Shown here in pieces: positions 55,171 to 64,000 of a DNA stretch of 64,000 nucleotides (its first letter is position 1; each line of letters begins with the position of its first letter). This stretch comes from Candidatus Nezhaarchaeales archaeon (GTDB lineage Archaea; Thermoproteota; Methanomethylicia; Nezhaarchaeales; JAWCJE01). The notes under the pieces were generated by a model, which was not told where the DNA came from, made no database searches, and saw only the letters and a list, made by a program, of their open reading frames with translations. A program made the translations under genes and the position numbers. The stretch covers positions 610 through 64,609 of the forward strand of contig JAWCJE010000008.1 in the NCBI GenBank assembly GCA_038853715.1, read 5' to 3'.

Positions 55171-55267
55171 GGGCCCGTAGCTCAGCAAGGTAGAGCATCC
55201 GACACCACCTAGGTGGGTGAAGCTCTTAACCGGGCGGTCGCGGGTTCAAATCCCGCCGGGCCCGCCA
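55171..55267 (+). tRNA. tRNA-Lys(CUU) with a 20-nt non-canonical intron inside the anticodon stem (between positions 30 and 31). CCA is encoded.
   Basis: The fold is GGGCCCG TA GCTC AGCAAGGTA GAGC A TCCG[ACACCACCTAGGTGGGTGAA]G CTCTTAA CCGGG CGGTC GCGGG TTCAAAT CCCGC CGGGCCC G CCA. The intron forms a CACCACC/GGTGGGTG hairpin. Confidence 0.85.
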
Positions 55268-55521
55268 TTTGTAAACGGTTGCTCATTGCCTATTCTTGTT
55301 AAACATGATATTATATCTCTAATTGAGCTTTGGGGCTCGGGTAAGTCTATCAGCTTTAGGAAGCGTTGTCTACTTTGAGCTCGCACGTACACCTCGTATA
55401 TCGGTTTCTTGCCCAATGAGCATGGTTTATATTTCCCCCCATGTTTATCGGCCTCTTCCAACGCTTTATCCACCATGTCTTTAACTTCTCTAAGACCTCT
55501 ACGTGTTAGGACTTCCTCCAT
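55246..55521 (-). CDS. Hypothetical 91-aa ORF that reads antisense into the 3' end of tRNA-Lys
   Basis: This is an ORF-track call. The last 7 codons (NGGPGGI) are encoded by the reverse complement of the tRNA acceptor/T-arm. I recognise no family. Confidence 0.3.
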   Translation of the reverse strand: MEEVLTRRGLREVKDMVDKALEEADKHGGKYKPCSLGKKPIYEVYVRAQSRQRFLKLIDLPEPQSSIRDIISCLTRIGNEQPFTNGGPGGI

Positions 55522-55839
55522 CGCTTTTACGGCTAGCCTTAGGCCCTCTAAACCTATGCCTATAACCGTAAAGCACGCAGACCCTGCTAGCCACTTAGAT
55601 TCTCTTTAAAATTCTACCTTTTCCAAGTAATGACAATGTTTACGTAGTTACTCCTCCTATACCTATACGGTACTATGGCAGTAGTGCTTTCAGTCTTTGC
55701 GTCGAGCTTAACCATTAGGCTGATCAAGTGAAAATATAGCTACAACCCGGATAAAGCTAAAGAGATGTATACGCAGAATGATTAAGCTAGGCGCCGAGTT
55801 AAAGGATGGGAAGTGATGGTGGACGCTAAAGCCGTTTCC

Positions 55840-58608
55840 CTAAGAACTCTTTTCCCCTTTAACTACATCCCTTATTATGCTGTTAAAGGACTTAACAGCA
55901 TCGGTTACTCGTTCAGCCTTTATAAGGCCCTGCCCTACGTTAACTTCGCCGCCACCTTTACCGCCTACGGTTTCCACAACCTCCTTAATTAAGGCTCCAG
56001 CGTTTAAACCTGTTTTACTTCCAACCATAACTACTAGGTGTGCGTTAGCGTCGGTTAATGAGTATAAGAACGCTACTATTGTCGGGTTGTTTTTAGTAAG
56101 GTTTCCCCCTATAGTTATGAGCTCCTGGTTAGATGCTCCGGGTACTTCGTGGACTACAACCTTTAAGCCGTTTATGGTTTCAGCTTTACCTTGTATGCTT
56201 AAGGCTATATGTTCAGCGAGGCGTTTTTGTAAAGCTTCAACCCGTTTTCTATATTCCTTTAGTTCCTCCCTTAACTTCCTACTAGCTTCAACTACCTTAT
56301 CCCTCGATACGTTTAATACTTCAGCGACTGCTTTTACCTGGTTATCAACCTCTTGGAAGTATTCTATAGCCGGTAGACCAGCAACGTACTCTAACCTTTC
56401 AACGCCGTCTTGGATCCTATCTACCCTTATGATCTTTATGGCGCCTACTTCGATAGTATTCGTTACGTGAGTACCCCCACATGCTTGAACGTTCCAATCA
56501 CCTATGCTAACAACCCTTATCTTACGTCCCGGTATTACTCCACCTTGGTATAGGGTGAAGCCGTAAAGCCTTTCAGCTTCTTCCCTATTCATAAACTCCG
56601 CTCTAACCGGCACTCTTCTCATAACTACTTCGTTAGCTAAGATCTCGATCCGCTTAATCTCCTCCGGGCTTATCCTTTTATAGTGGGTTATATCTAACCG
56701 GCTTGATTTAAGGCCTTTTTGTGCACCAGCTTGCCATATATGAGCCCCTAGCACCTCTCTAGCTGCACCTAAAACTATGTGAGTAGCGGTATGATGCCTC
56801 ATATAGCTTAGCCTCACTTCTAGGTCTACCACACCATGAATAGTAACTCCCTCAGGGATCGGTTTTTCAAGCACGTGTACTATTACTTCACCTACTTTCT
56901 GCACGTCTATAACGTCCACCTTACTGCCGTTTACCTCCAAGTACCCCTTATCAGCTGGTTGCCCTCCGCCCTCAGGGTAGAAAGCTGTTTGATCTAGTAT
57001 GACCATATTACGTAGGCTTTTTAAAACCTTAGCGTTAAAGCTGAACGTATAGGGGCTCTCGTAGTATAAGGGTCTAGTAGGCGGTAAACCTTTAACCTCC
57101 TCCTCCGTCAATAGTAATTTTCTTTCCTCGACGCGGGTTACTGGTTTCTCGTGTAGTTTAGCTACTAACGCGTAGAAATTGTCAGGTAGGGATATGTTAA
57201 CTCCGACCTCTTGTGCAACCTCCTTAACAACTTCGGGGGGGATCCCATGTGAATCGTAGATTTTAATTAAATCATTAAGGTCAAATTTACCCTTCGATCT
57301 TTCAAAGTATTTAAGTACTACTGATTTACCGCGGCTAAGCGCAGCCTTATACTTCGCCTCTTCAATGGAGATCTCCTCTAAAACCTTATCACGCCGCTCC
57401 TTAAGCGTAGGGAAACTATCAGCCCAAAAGGTTATCTGCTTATCCACTAGGTCTGAGAGAGGGATTACAAGCTTAAGTAGATGCATAAGCTTTAATGCCC
57501 TTCTTAGCACTAAGCGAGCTAAGTAGCCTTCACCAGTATTAGAGGGCACTATGCCGTCCGCTAGCATAAATGCTAAGCACTTGGTATGATCTAGAAGAGC
57601 GTATACGTACTCTACTGGTGTAAGGATACGGTCTAACTCTTCAGGATCCATACCTAGCTTCGCAGCCACTTTAACCCTTAACTTTTGGATACTAGCTCCT
57701 CCTCCAACTTGCATGGTAGCTGACTCTTCAGCTGTTTTAGCTAGAATCTTTTCGTCTACGCCCTTTAACCCGGCGATCGAGAGGAAGTCGTCTAGTAGAC
57801 GACCATATATAGCGTGGAAGGCTGAGGGTTGCCCGGTTGAGAACCACGTGAAACGCTCTATACCGTATCCGGTGTCAACTATTTTAAGCGGTAGTTCTTG
57901 GTAGTAGTGGTTCTGAACCTTATAACACATAAATACCAAGGTAGCTAGCTCTAACCCGTTAGAACATACCTCTACATCGGGGCCAGCGTTACCGCCACCT
58001 TCCCAGAAGTCTTCTTTATAAGTTATTAGTTCAGGCTTTAGTCCAAGCCTTTCACATAGAAACTCGTGGCAAAACCTTACAGTTTCATCCTTCCAGTAGA
58101 CGTATTTATCAGGGTAGTTAAAGGCGTGGGCTCCCCCCATTTCGAATATAGTTAAATGTCTGCCAACCGTTAACCCTACGTTATCTATGTCGGTAAGCCT
58201 TATGCATGGCTGCGAAAGGACTAATGGGTTGGCCGGGGCTGGAACCAGCCCGCTGGTAACGAAGGGTTGGAAGACAGCGATGCTAGCTATGGTTAAGTAT
58301 ATGTCGTCACGCCACCTAGCGGCAACTGGATAGGGTTTAAGTATTTGATGCCCTCTCTCCTCAAAGAACTTGAGGAACTCGTCCCTCATTTCATGTACGC
58401 TGTACGCCCTTCTAAACCCCCTTTTACCTATGAAGGTGTAGCTCAGGCAGGGGGCATCACCGCAATTAGTCCTATCCTCATCCAAGGTCCAGAAGAAGGT
58501 ACCGCATACTTCGCATCGATTCCGTTTAAACCCGTTCTCTAGGAAAAACCTTAACCTATATTCGTCGCTTTTTGTAGCTTCATCGCGAGTTAAAAGCAAG
58601 GGATTCAC
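55840..58608 (-). CDS. alaS: Alanyl-tRNA synthetase
   Basis: It is 922 aa. The class II core includes FEMGGAHAF. The editing domain has HHTATH and CGGTH. A C-terminal DHHA1-like domain follows. Confidence 0.97.
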   Translation of the reverse strand: MNPLLLTRDEATKSDEYRLRFFLENGFKRNRCEVCGTFFWTLDEDRTNCGDAPCLSYTFIGKRGFRRAYSVHEMRDEFLKFFEERGHQILKPYPVAARWRDDIYLTIASIAVFQPFVTSGLVPAPANPLVLSQPCIRLTDIDNVGLTVGRHLTIFEMGGAHAFNYPDKYVYWKDETVRFCHEFLCERLGLKPELITYKEDFWEGGGNAGPDVEVCSNGLELATLVFMCYKVQNHYYQELPLKIVDTGYGIERFTWFSTGQPSAFHAIYGRLLDDFLSIAGLKGVDEKILAKTAEESATMQVGGGASIQKLRVKVAAKLGMDPEELDRILTPVEYVYALLDHTKCLAFMLADGIVPSNTGEGYLARLVLRRALKLMHLLKLVIPLSDLVDKQITFWADSFPTLKERRDKVLEEISIEEAKYKAALSRGKSVVLKYFERSKGKFDLNDLIKIYDSHGIPPEVVKEVAQEVGVNISLPDNFYALVAKLHEKPVTRVEERKLLLTEEEVKGLPPTRPLYYESPYTFSFNAKVLKSLRNMVILDQTAFYPEGGGQPADKGYLEVNGSKVDVIDVQKVGEVIVHVLEKPIPEGVTIHGVVDLEVRLSYMRHHTATHIVLGAAREVLGAHIWQAGAQKGLKSSRLDITHYKRISPEEIKRIEILANEVVMRRVPVRAEFMNREEAERLYGFTLYQGGVIPGRKIRVVSIGDWNVQACGGTHVTNTIEVGAIKIIRVDRIQDGVERLEYVAGLPAIEYFQEVDNQVKAVAEVLNVSRDKVVEASRKLREELKEYRKRVEALQKRLAEHIALSIQGKAETINGLKVVVHEVPGASNQELITIGGNLTKNNPTIVAFLYSLTDANAHLVVMVGSKTGLNAGALIKEVVETVGGKGGGEVNVGQGLIKAERVTDAVKSFNSIIRDVVKGEKSS

Positions 58609-58662
58609 CGAATAGGGCTATAAAGAGGTAATCCGAGAAGCCTGATTAAAAGGGTTTAATGA

Positions 58663-58989
58663 TTAACCGAAGAGTGCTGAAAGGCCTTCAGCTAAAGATT
58701 CCTCACTCACTTCCTTCTTCTCTACTTCCTTCTTCTCTACTTTCTTCTTTTCCGCCTCAGCTGTGGTTGGAGGTGTTGTAGCCGCCGTAAGGGGAGCCGA
58801 AGGAGCCATCGGTAGAGCTGCGCTCTTTATGGCTTCATCTATGTTTACCTCTTTAAGGGCTGCAACTAAAGCTTTAACCCTTATATCGTCAACCTCTACA
58901 CCCGCCGATTGTAGTACACTACGAAGTCCCTCTTCGGTTATATTTTTCTTAGCGTGATGGAGCAGTAAAGCCGCGTATACGTATTCCAT
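58663..58989 (-). CDS. rpl12: 50S ribosomal stalk protein P1 (aP1/L12e)
   Basis: It starts [22 protein letters not shown]. It has an Ala/Pro hinge and a charged tail ending EGLSALFG. I trimmed the start to the Met at 58989, since the track ORF begins at 59019. Confidence 0.85.
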   Translation of the reverse strand: MEYVYAALLLHHAKKNITEEGLRSVLQSAGVEVDDIRVKALVAALKEVNIDEAIKSAALPMAPSAPLTAATTPPTTAEAEKKKVEKKEVEKKEVSEESLAEGLSALFG

Positions 58990-59072
58990 GCCCCTCGCCC
59001 TCGAATGGTAAAAGGGCATGTTAGGAGTTAATAAACCTTTAGCCTAACGCTAGGTAAGCTAAAGCAATACTG

Positions 59073-59936
59073 TTAAGTAGTTATTTTCGCTAGGCTGGCT
59101 ATGGTTAATGCCTCCACGCTCACCCTACTTAGCGTGTAGGTTAATGCCTCCTTAATGAAGAGGCAACCTCCAACGGCCAGCCTTAACGCTTCTTGGTGTG
59201 CCTTCATCAGCAATAGCGGTATGTTCACGCTCACCGGGTAGGCAATACTAACTGATAACGTTAAGGCGTTGCTAAAGGCCTCAGCTATATCCTTCCTATA
59301 CTGGTTGAAGTCTAAGCTTAAATCTGAGGCTGATAACAATAGGCCATCAGCGTAAACGTACTTAACGTTTAACCCAGCCTCTGCAGCCTCTATACCTAGC
59401 TTATTAAGGATATCCGCTGCTTCAACACCGATTACCTCCCCCTTTTTAAGCACTAAGGTATCCTTGGTTACGTAGATGGCGCCTTCCTCTATCTTCGTCG
59501 GAACCTTTAACGATTTAAAGACGCTTAGTACTGGTCCAGGCGTTAAACCGGTATTACCAGCCGGTATAACTATGTCATGGCTAGCCTTATCGCCTGCTTT
59601 CGCTTTAACAGGCACCTTACACTTATCTATGGCCAAGTAAATACTGAAAGGGTTACCTGTAGCAAAGACGAAAGCGTTAAGCCCTTTTAATAAGGGTATT
59701 AGCTTTTCAAGCCCTGGTTTACTATTTTTAACGGCTTCCACAGCCTTAGCCATTAACGTGTTTTTAGCTACCCTTATAGTTATTATGCCTCTAAGCTTAC
59801 TTCTAATACGTTGAAGCTGGCTTGCCCTAAGCCCTACGATATCCACTATTCCAATAACGTTACTCTTAGATAATAGACCTATAAGACTTTTAACTGTTTC
59901 CTCCTTTCTGGCTTTAGATCCTTTCTTAACTAGCAT
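59073..59936 (-). CDS. rpl10: 50S ribosomal protein uL10 (P0)
   Basis: It is 287 aa, sits between L1 and P1, and contains RASQLQRIRSKLRG...RVAKNTL. Confidence 0.9.
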   Translation of the reverse strand: MLVKKGSKARKEETVKSLIGLLSKSNVIGIVDIVGLRASQLQRIRSKLRGIITIRVAKNTLMAKAVEAVKNSKPGLEKLIPLLKGLNAFVFATGNPFSIYLAIDKCKVPVKAKAGDKASHDIVIPAGNTGLTPGPVLSVFKSLKVPTKIEEGAIYVTKDTLVLKKGEVIGVEAADILNKLGIEAAEAGLNVKYVYADGLLLSASDLSLDFNQYRKDIAEAFSNALTLSVSIAYPVSVNIPLLLMKAHQEALRLAVGGCLFIKEALTYTLSRVSVEALTIASLAKITT

Positions 59937-59945
59937 AGCGCTCCC

Positions 59946-60584
59946 TCAAAGAACCCTTATGAGGGGGCCCATAGTGGTTTTCACGTAAATATTTTTCACC
60001 TTATGCGGAACCTTTAATCTCTCCTTCATACCGTCTATTATCGTTTTAGCGTTCTCCGCTATCTTTCCGCTATCCTCATCCTCGTAACCTATGAAGGCTT
60101 GTACTACTGGTTGATCCTTCATCCTAACCCGCGTGGACTTCCTCAACCTATCAACCAAGGCCTCAAGGACTGATATGGATGGGAGTAGGATCGGCATTTT
60201 ACCGCGGGGTCCTAGGAAGGGGCCTAAAGCTCTACCAACAAGCGGCATGAGGTCCGCTTGAGCTATGAAAAAGTCGTAGCTCTTAGCGATGTTTCTAGCA
60301 TACTTTTTATCGTTTAGACATTTATTCAAACAGTCCTTATCCACCAGCCCATCGGCCAGCTGCTTAGCCTTTAAGGCGACGTCCCCATCAGCTATTACGC
60401 AAACCTTGCTTAACCTGCCGAATGGGTGTGGCAGCTGAATGACCTCATTAATCCTACCGAGCTTCTTCAGATCGAGATCCGAGTAGGTAATTATGAGTTC
60501 AAGGGATTGAGTGAACCTTCTTTTAACGCTGGCCTTCTTGGCATCTTCAATAGCTTTAACTAGGTCCTCTAGGCTTACACTCAT
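59946..60584 (-). CDS. rpl1: 50S ribosomal protein uL1
   Basis: It contains [26 protein letters not shown] and its operon position. Confidence 0.92.
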   Translation of the reverse strand: MSVSLEDLVKAIEDAKKASVKRRFTQSLELIITYSDLDLKKLGRINEVIQLPHPFGRLSKVCVIADGDVALKAKQLADGLVDKDCLNKCLNDKKYARNIAKSYDFFIAQADLMPLVGRALGPFLGPRGKMPILLPSISVLEALVDRLRKSTRVRMKDQPVVQAFIGYEDEDSGKIAENAKTIIDGMKERLKVPHKVKNIYVKTTMGPLIRVL

Positions 60585-61105
60585 TTAGCCTCTCCCTCAA
60601 ATTTAGCTATTAACTCGTCGTAAACCCCCTCGTCCACCTCCCTTTGAACTTGCCTCGGATCCTTCCCTTCAACAGTAACTCCTAAGCTTAAACATGTGCC
60701 TAGTACTTCCTTAACAGCAGCCTTTAAGGTTTTAGCTAATAAGTCTGGCCATTTAACCTTAGCGATCCTAACGGCTTGCTCCATGGTTAAGTTGCCAGCT
60801 TTCTGCTTAGCCGGTGACCCAGAGCCCTTCTCCAGCTTTAACTCTCTAACTATTAAGGCCGTTGTGGTTGGAATACCCACTTTTACGTTAAAAGTTTTAT
60901 TATCTACATCCACCTCAACCTCTACTGGTACTCGCATACCAGCGAAATCCTTGGTGGACGCGTTTATCGCGTTAACAACCTCCATAACATTTAACCCTAA
61001 AGGTCCCAGTGCGGGCCCTAAGGGTGGTCCAGCCGTAGCTTTACCACCGTCGATTATGAACTTAAGGGTTTTCTTAGTCCCCACCCGAATAACCTCCCTC
61101 ATCAA
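60581..61105 (-). CDS. rpl11: 50S ribosomal protein uL11
   Basis: It reads [29 protein letters not shown]. It overlaps rpl1 by 4 nt. Confidence 0.92.
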   Translation of the reverse strand: MMREVIRVGTKKTLKFIIDGGKATAGPPLGPALGPLGLNVMEVVNAINASTKDFAGMRVPVEVEVDVDNKTFNVKVGIPTTTALIVRELKLEKGSGSPAKQKAGNLTMEQAVRIAKVKWPDLLAKTLKAAVKEVLGTCLSLGVTVEGKDPRQVQREVDEGVYDELIAKFEGEAK

Positions 61106-61150
61106 TACGAAGTTAACTCAACTCTAGTTAAAGGTGTATTAAAGGATTCG

Positions 61151-61243
61151 GTTTCATACGTAATAATGCTATAACCGCGCAACCGTGGCCGGGCCGATGC
61201 TGACGTCGATGTTAACCGTTTCATACGTAATAACGCTATAACC
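61151..61243. repeat. Pair of 26-bp direct repeats separated by a GC-rich 41-bp spacer, in the rpl11 upstream region
   Basis: gtttcatacgtaataatgctataacc (61151-61176) and gtttcatacgtaataacgctataacc (61218-61243) match at 25 of 26 positions. The spacer is gcgcaaccgtggccgggccgatgctgacgtcgatgttaacc. Confidence 0.8.
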
Positions 61244-61284
61244 CTACGTGTAAAGTTAGCTTCGCTTTAATCCGGATTAAGCTA

Positions 61285-61758
61285 TTACTCCTCACCGGGT
61301 TTTACCTTACGAACGAGATCCCCATGTACTTTAATCGGTAAGGTGTAGGTAGCATCCAGCAGTTCAAGGGTGACCTCTTCACGGTGAATATCAAGCCTTA
61401 TCACCTTACCCTTTAACCCTCTAAAAGGCCCACCGATTACTTCAGCAACGTCACCCTCCTTTAATCCTTCTAAGGGGGATTTTGGTATTAGGAAGCGCTC
61501 TATCTCCTTTAAGTCCGTCTTCCTAAAGGATGCACCCCTAACATGTTTAATACCAGAGAACACAGCTTCTACAAAGTGTGGGGCGTCAGCTTCTATAAGC
61601 ACGTAGCCCTTTAATGAGTCAAGTAATAGCATGGATTTAACCGGTATACCTTGACGCACCACCTTATCCTCCGCTATCAATAACACGTTTCGTTCTTGAC
61701 CTACCGTAGTTCTAACAAGCCATATAGGGTGCTTCACGGCTTTCTCAGCCACTTTCAC
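61285..61758 (-). CDS. spt5: Transcription elongation factor Spt5 (NusG)
   Basis: The NGN domain reads IWLVRTTVGQERNV and the KOW domain reads GDVAEVIGGPFRGLKGKVIRLD. I placed the start at GTG 61758, which overlaps the secE stop as GTGA. The longer track ORF overlaps secE. Confidence 0.85.
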   Translation of the reverse strand: MKVAEKAVKHPIWLVRTTVGQERNVLLIAEDKVVRQGIPVKSMLLLDSLKGYVLIEADAPHFVEAVFSGIKHVRGASFRKTDLKEIERFLIPKSPLEGLKEGDVAEVIGGPFRGLKGKVIRLDIHREEVTLELLDATYTLPIKVHGDLVRKVKPGEE

Positions 61759-61940
61759 CCACCAGTTATGGTCATAGTTACTAGCCAAGCTATCATCATC
61801 ACCACGAACCCGTAAACCCCTAAAACGGTCATCCCGAGTAAGCATATCTTTAAAAGAAGCCAGTACTCCGAACGCCCCGGCTTCCTAGCGATAACTAAAA
61901 CCCTTTTAAGGTCTTCTAACCACTCCTTCAGCTTTCCCAC
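61755..61940 (-). CDS. secE: Protein translocase subunit SecE/Sec61-gamma
   Basis: It is 61 aa, reads LKRVLVIARKPGRSEYWLLLKICLLGMTVLGVYGFVV, has a single TM helix, and lies upstream of spt5. Confidence 0.75.
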   Translation of the reverse strand: MGKLKEWLEDLKRVLVIARKPGRSEYWLLLKICLLGMTVLGVYGFVVMMIAWLVTMTITGG

Positions 61941-62051
61941 CCCTAAAGCGGTTACCAGTTTTAGACATGCTAAGAAATTTAAGGCTTTTTAAGGACATGA
62001 AAAAGTTTAACGATTATAAGCACGATCAAGGCTTCATTCATACTGGTACCG

Positions 62052-62870
62052 TTAAACCTCGATTATATTCACTCCAGTATCGGTTAAGGCGTTTAAGACC
62101 AGCTTCTTATCCTCGCTTCTTAGGCCTCTGTCAACTAAAGCGTACCTTACCTCTTCCGTGCTCCTCCGTATGGATTGCACTATTAATTCACGAGTTAACC
62201 CCTCCCTAAAGGCGTACTTAGGAATTATATGCGCAAAGGCGTACTCACCTCTTAATGCGAAGTCTGAGAATCTAGGCGCGTAATGTCCCCCACCGAAGCC
62301 TGAAGCCACGCGATATGTATCCCGTGTTGCGCTAGCCGCTTTAACAGCCGCCGCAGCAACCGCCTCCGCCGCCTCGTCGTTAAGCCATTCTTTTTCCGTC
62401 CCTCCTAACTCTATGAAAAGCGCAGCAGCTTTCTCAAAGTATGGTCCGTGATGAGTTACCTCTAAGCCGCATCTCCACCCATTTAAACCTAACTTCGCCT
62501 TCTGTGTTTTTAACTCGAGGAGTGCCTCTTCGACGGCGCTTGCAAAGGCATTACATAAACTTCCAGGCCTTCCTCCAAAGCTGGCATTACTACTCCAGTT
62601 ACCAGGGGTATGGACTAATAGCGCCGGTACTCCGGACTCAGATTTATGCTTACTAACAAAGATCACCACGTACGGGTTAAAGAAACCTTCTACGTGGTCA
62701 GAGTATATCGTATGCTTGCTCGAGGTAGCTAATAAAACGTTGTCCATCCGATAAACCGGGGCATCATCAAATACTAGTTCAATTTCCTTAAACCTATACT
62801 TTTTAAGTAGCTTTTCCTTTACCTTTAATCCTGCTGGGTCCTGAATTGAAGCTACTATAATAGTAGACAC
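62052..62870 (-). CDS. dtdA: D-aminoacyl-tRNA deacylase, archaeal DtdA type
   Basis: It contains IVASIQDPAG, FVSKHKSESGVPALLVHTPGNW and EVTHHGP. I trimmed the start to GTG 62870, because the track ORF extends into argF. Confidence 0.75.
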   Translation of the reverse strand: MSTIIVASIQDPAGLKVKEKLLKKYRFKEIELVFDDAPVYRMDNVLLATSSKHTIYSDHVEGFFNPYVVIFVSKHKSESGVPALLVHTPGNWSSNASFGGRPGSLCNAFASAVEEALLELKTQKAKLGLNGWRCGLEVTHHGPYFEKAAALFIELGGTEKEWLNDEAAEAVAAAAVKAASATRDTYRVASGFGGGHYAPRFSDFALRGEYAFAHIIPKYAFREGLTRELIVQSIRRSTEEVRYALVDRGLRSEDKKLVLNALTDTGVNIIEV

Positions 62871-62883
62871 GTTTAAATCCTCA

Positions 62884-63849
62884 CTATACCATCGAAGCGA
62901 GAAGGGCTTTAGCTGTATGCAACCTATTCTCTGCTTGATCCCAAACCGCGGAATGATCGACATCATCTATTACCGCATCAACAACCTCCTCTCCACGGTG
63001 AGCCGGTAAACAATGCATGAATACGTAGTTGGGTGACGCTTTAGCAACAAGTTCCTTATTCACCTGATACTTAGGTAGAAAGGCCTTCCTCCTAGCCTCC
63101 GCCTCCGCCTCGAAACCCATACTAACAAACACGTCGGTATACACTACGTCAGCCTCTTTAACAGCCTCGAACGGATCCTCGGTAATTAACACCTTAGATC
63201 CGCTGAACTCAGCGTTACTACGAGCTGCTTTAAGTACTTCAGGGTGAGGTATGTACCTACTCGGGCAACCAACGCGTATGTTGAGACCTAGCTTACTACA
63301 TGCTATTAGCATACTATGACAAGTATTACTACCTCCATCCCCAACGTAGGCAACAGTAACCCCCTTAAGCCTACCAAGCCTCTCTTTAATGGTTAAGAGG
63401 TCAGCTAACGCTTGCATAGGGTGATAAAGGTCGCTTAACGCGTTAAACACGGGTTTTTCAGCATATCTCGCTATCTCTTCAAGGGTGGAATGCTTATAAA
63501 CTCTAGCGATAAGAGCGTTCGTATAACGATCCAACACCCTAGCCGTATCGGCTAAGGCCTCACCACGTGAAAGTTGTAGGTCACTAAAGGATAAGTATAA
63601 GGGTTGACCTCCGAGCTGGTAGATGGCCACTTCGAGTGATACCCTGGTCCTCGTAGATGGCTTCTCGAAGATCATCGCTATACTTTTACCTTTAAGCGCC
63701 GTTTTTAAGTCTTCAGAGACCGCATTCCGCTTAAACGCCTCAGCAAGGTTAAGTAACGCCTCTACTTCCTCGGCTGTTAGCTCCTGCATAGTTAAGAAGT
63801 CTCTACCCCTAATTGAAGGTATCATAAGGCTTAACACCGGCCAATCCAT
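62884..63849 (-). CDS. argF: Ornithine carbamoyltransferase
   Basis: It contains FEKPSTRTRVS, HPMQALADL, DVFVSMG and HCLPAHRGEEV. Confidence 0.85.
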   Translation of the reverse strand: MDWPVLSLMIPSIRGRDFLTMQELTAEEVEALLNLAEAFKRNAVSEDLKTALKGKSIAMIFEKPSTRTRVSLEVAIYQLGGQPLYLSFSDLQLSRGEALADTARVLDRYTNALIARVYKHSTLEEIARYAEKPVFNALSDLYHPMQALADLLTIKERLGRLKGVTVAYVGDGGSNTCHSMLIACSKLGLNIRVGCPSRYIPHPEVLKAARSNAEFSGSKVLITEDPFEAVKEADVVYTDVFVSMGFEAEAEARRKAFLPKYQVNKELVAKASPNYVFMHCLPAHRGEEVVDAVIDDVDHSAVWDQAENRLHTAKALLASMV

Positions 63850-64000
63850 AATTTAAAGGTCCTTAACCCACGAGTTTAGCTAGGTTCTAGCTGGAGAAGT
63901 AACGGTTTTAAGCTTTACCATCGTCAGATCTATGAGTGGAAGCAACTAAACGACGATATTAAGGCTTTAGAGGCCGTTAACAGTAAAGCGGTAACCCTCC

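Noticed and set aside
61151-61243. Possible CRISPR array
   Set aside because: There are only two 26-bp repeat units with one spacer. The window has no cas genes and no further units. I found no CRISPR array anywhere in the window.
61759-61845. N-terminal extension of the spt5 ORF as given in the track (start 61845)
   Set aside because: The extension overlaps secE by 91 nt and has no NGN-domain similarity. A GTG at 61758 overlapping the secE stop (GTGA) gives a normal 157-aa Spt5. Similar trimming was applied to dtdA (62870) and P1 (58989).

Overview
This is a chromosomal window from an archaeon, about 45% GC and densely coded. It is almost entirely information-processing and core-metabolism genes. 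All calls come from reading the supplied translations and the DNA by eye; no searches or folding programs were run.

Conserved archaeal gene blocks:
- KsgA, DUF655, RpoF and L21e.
- Pus10 and SRP54.
- Dph2, Pcm and Trm5.
- SpeH and SpeE.
- PolD small subunit, DUF99 and Orc1/Cdc6.
- L37e and an Sm-like protein.
- aCPSF1 and proteasome beta.
- S12, S7, EF-1alpha and S10.
- MetRS and G1P dehydrogenase.
- RtcA and DUF504.
- Taw1, RibL, RbkR and EndoV.
- AlaRS, P1, L10, L1, L11, Spt5 and SecE.
- DtdA and ArgF.

Lineage: the gene order looks TACK-like (two proteasome beta genes, no EF-2 between S7 and EF-1alpha), yet a PolD small subunit is present. This suggests a PolD-bearing non-euryarchaeal lineage, but I cannot name the taxon.

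Most striking feature: there are 8 tRNA genes, and 7 of them are interrupted. I count about 11 introns, several at non-canonical sites (acceptor stem, D-arm, anticodon stem, 5' side of the anticodon loop).

Other items worth a second look:
- A repeat of about 110-130 bp gives rps7 and tuf the same upstream region, Shine-Dalgarno sequence and first four codons.
- A free-standing double-motif LAGLIDADG protein with an N-terminal HTH sits in a small accessory patch beside tRNA-Ser.
- A 60-nt intergenic element occurs twice, about 15 kb apart.
- A decayed PhoU-domain fragment lies upstream of cdc6.
- A translin-like gene is frameshifted and truncated.
- A MoaD/ThiS-like protein ends GG-IR rather than GG.
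- Structured or GC-rich intergenic stretches near srp54 and ribL may be ncRNAs.

I saw no CRISPR array, no rRNA gene and no clear intact mobile element.
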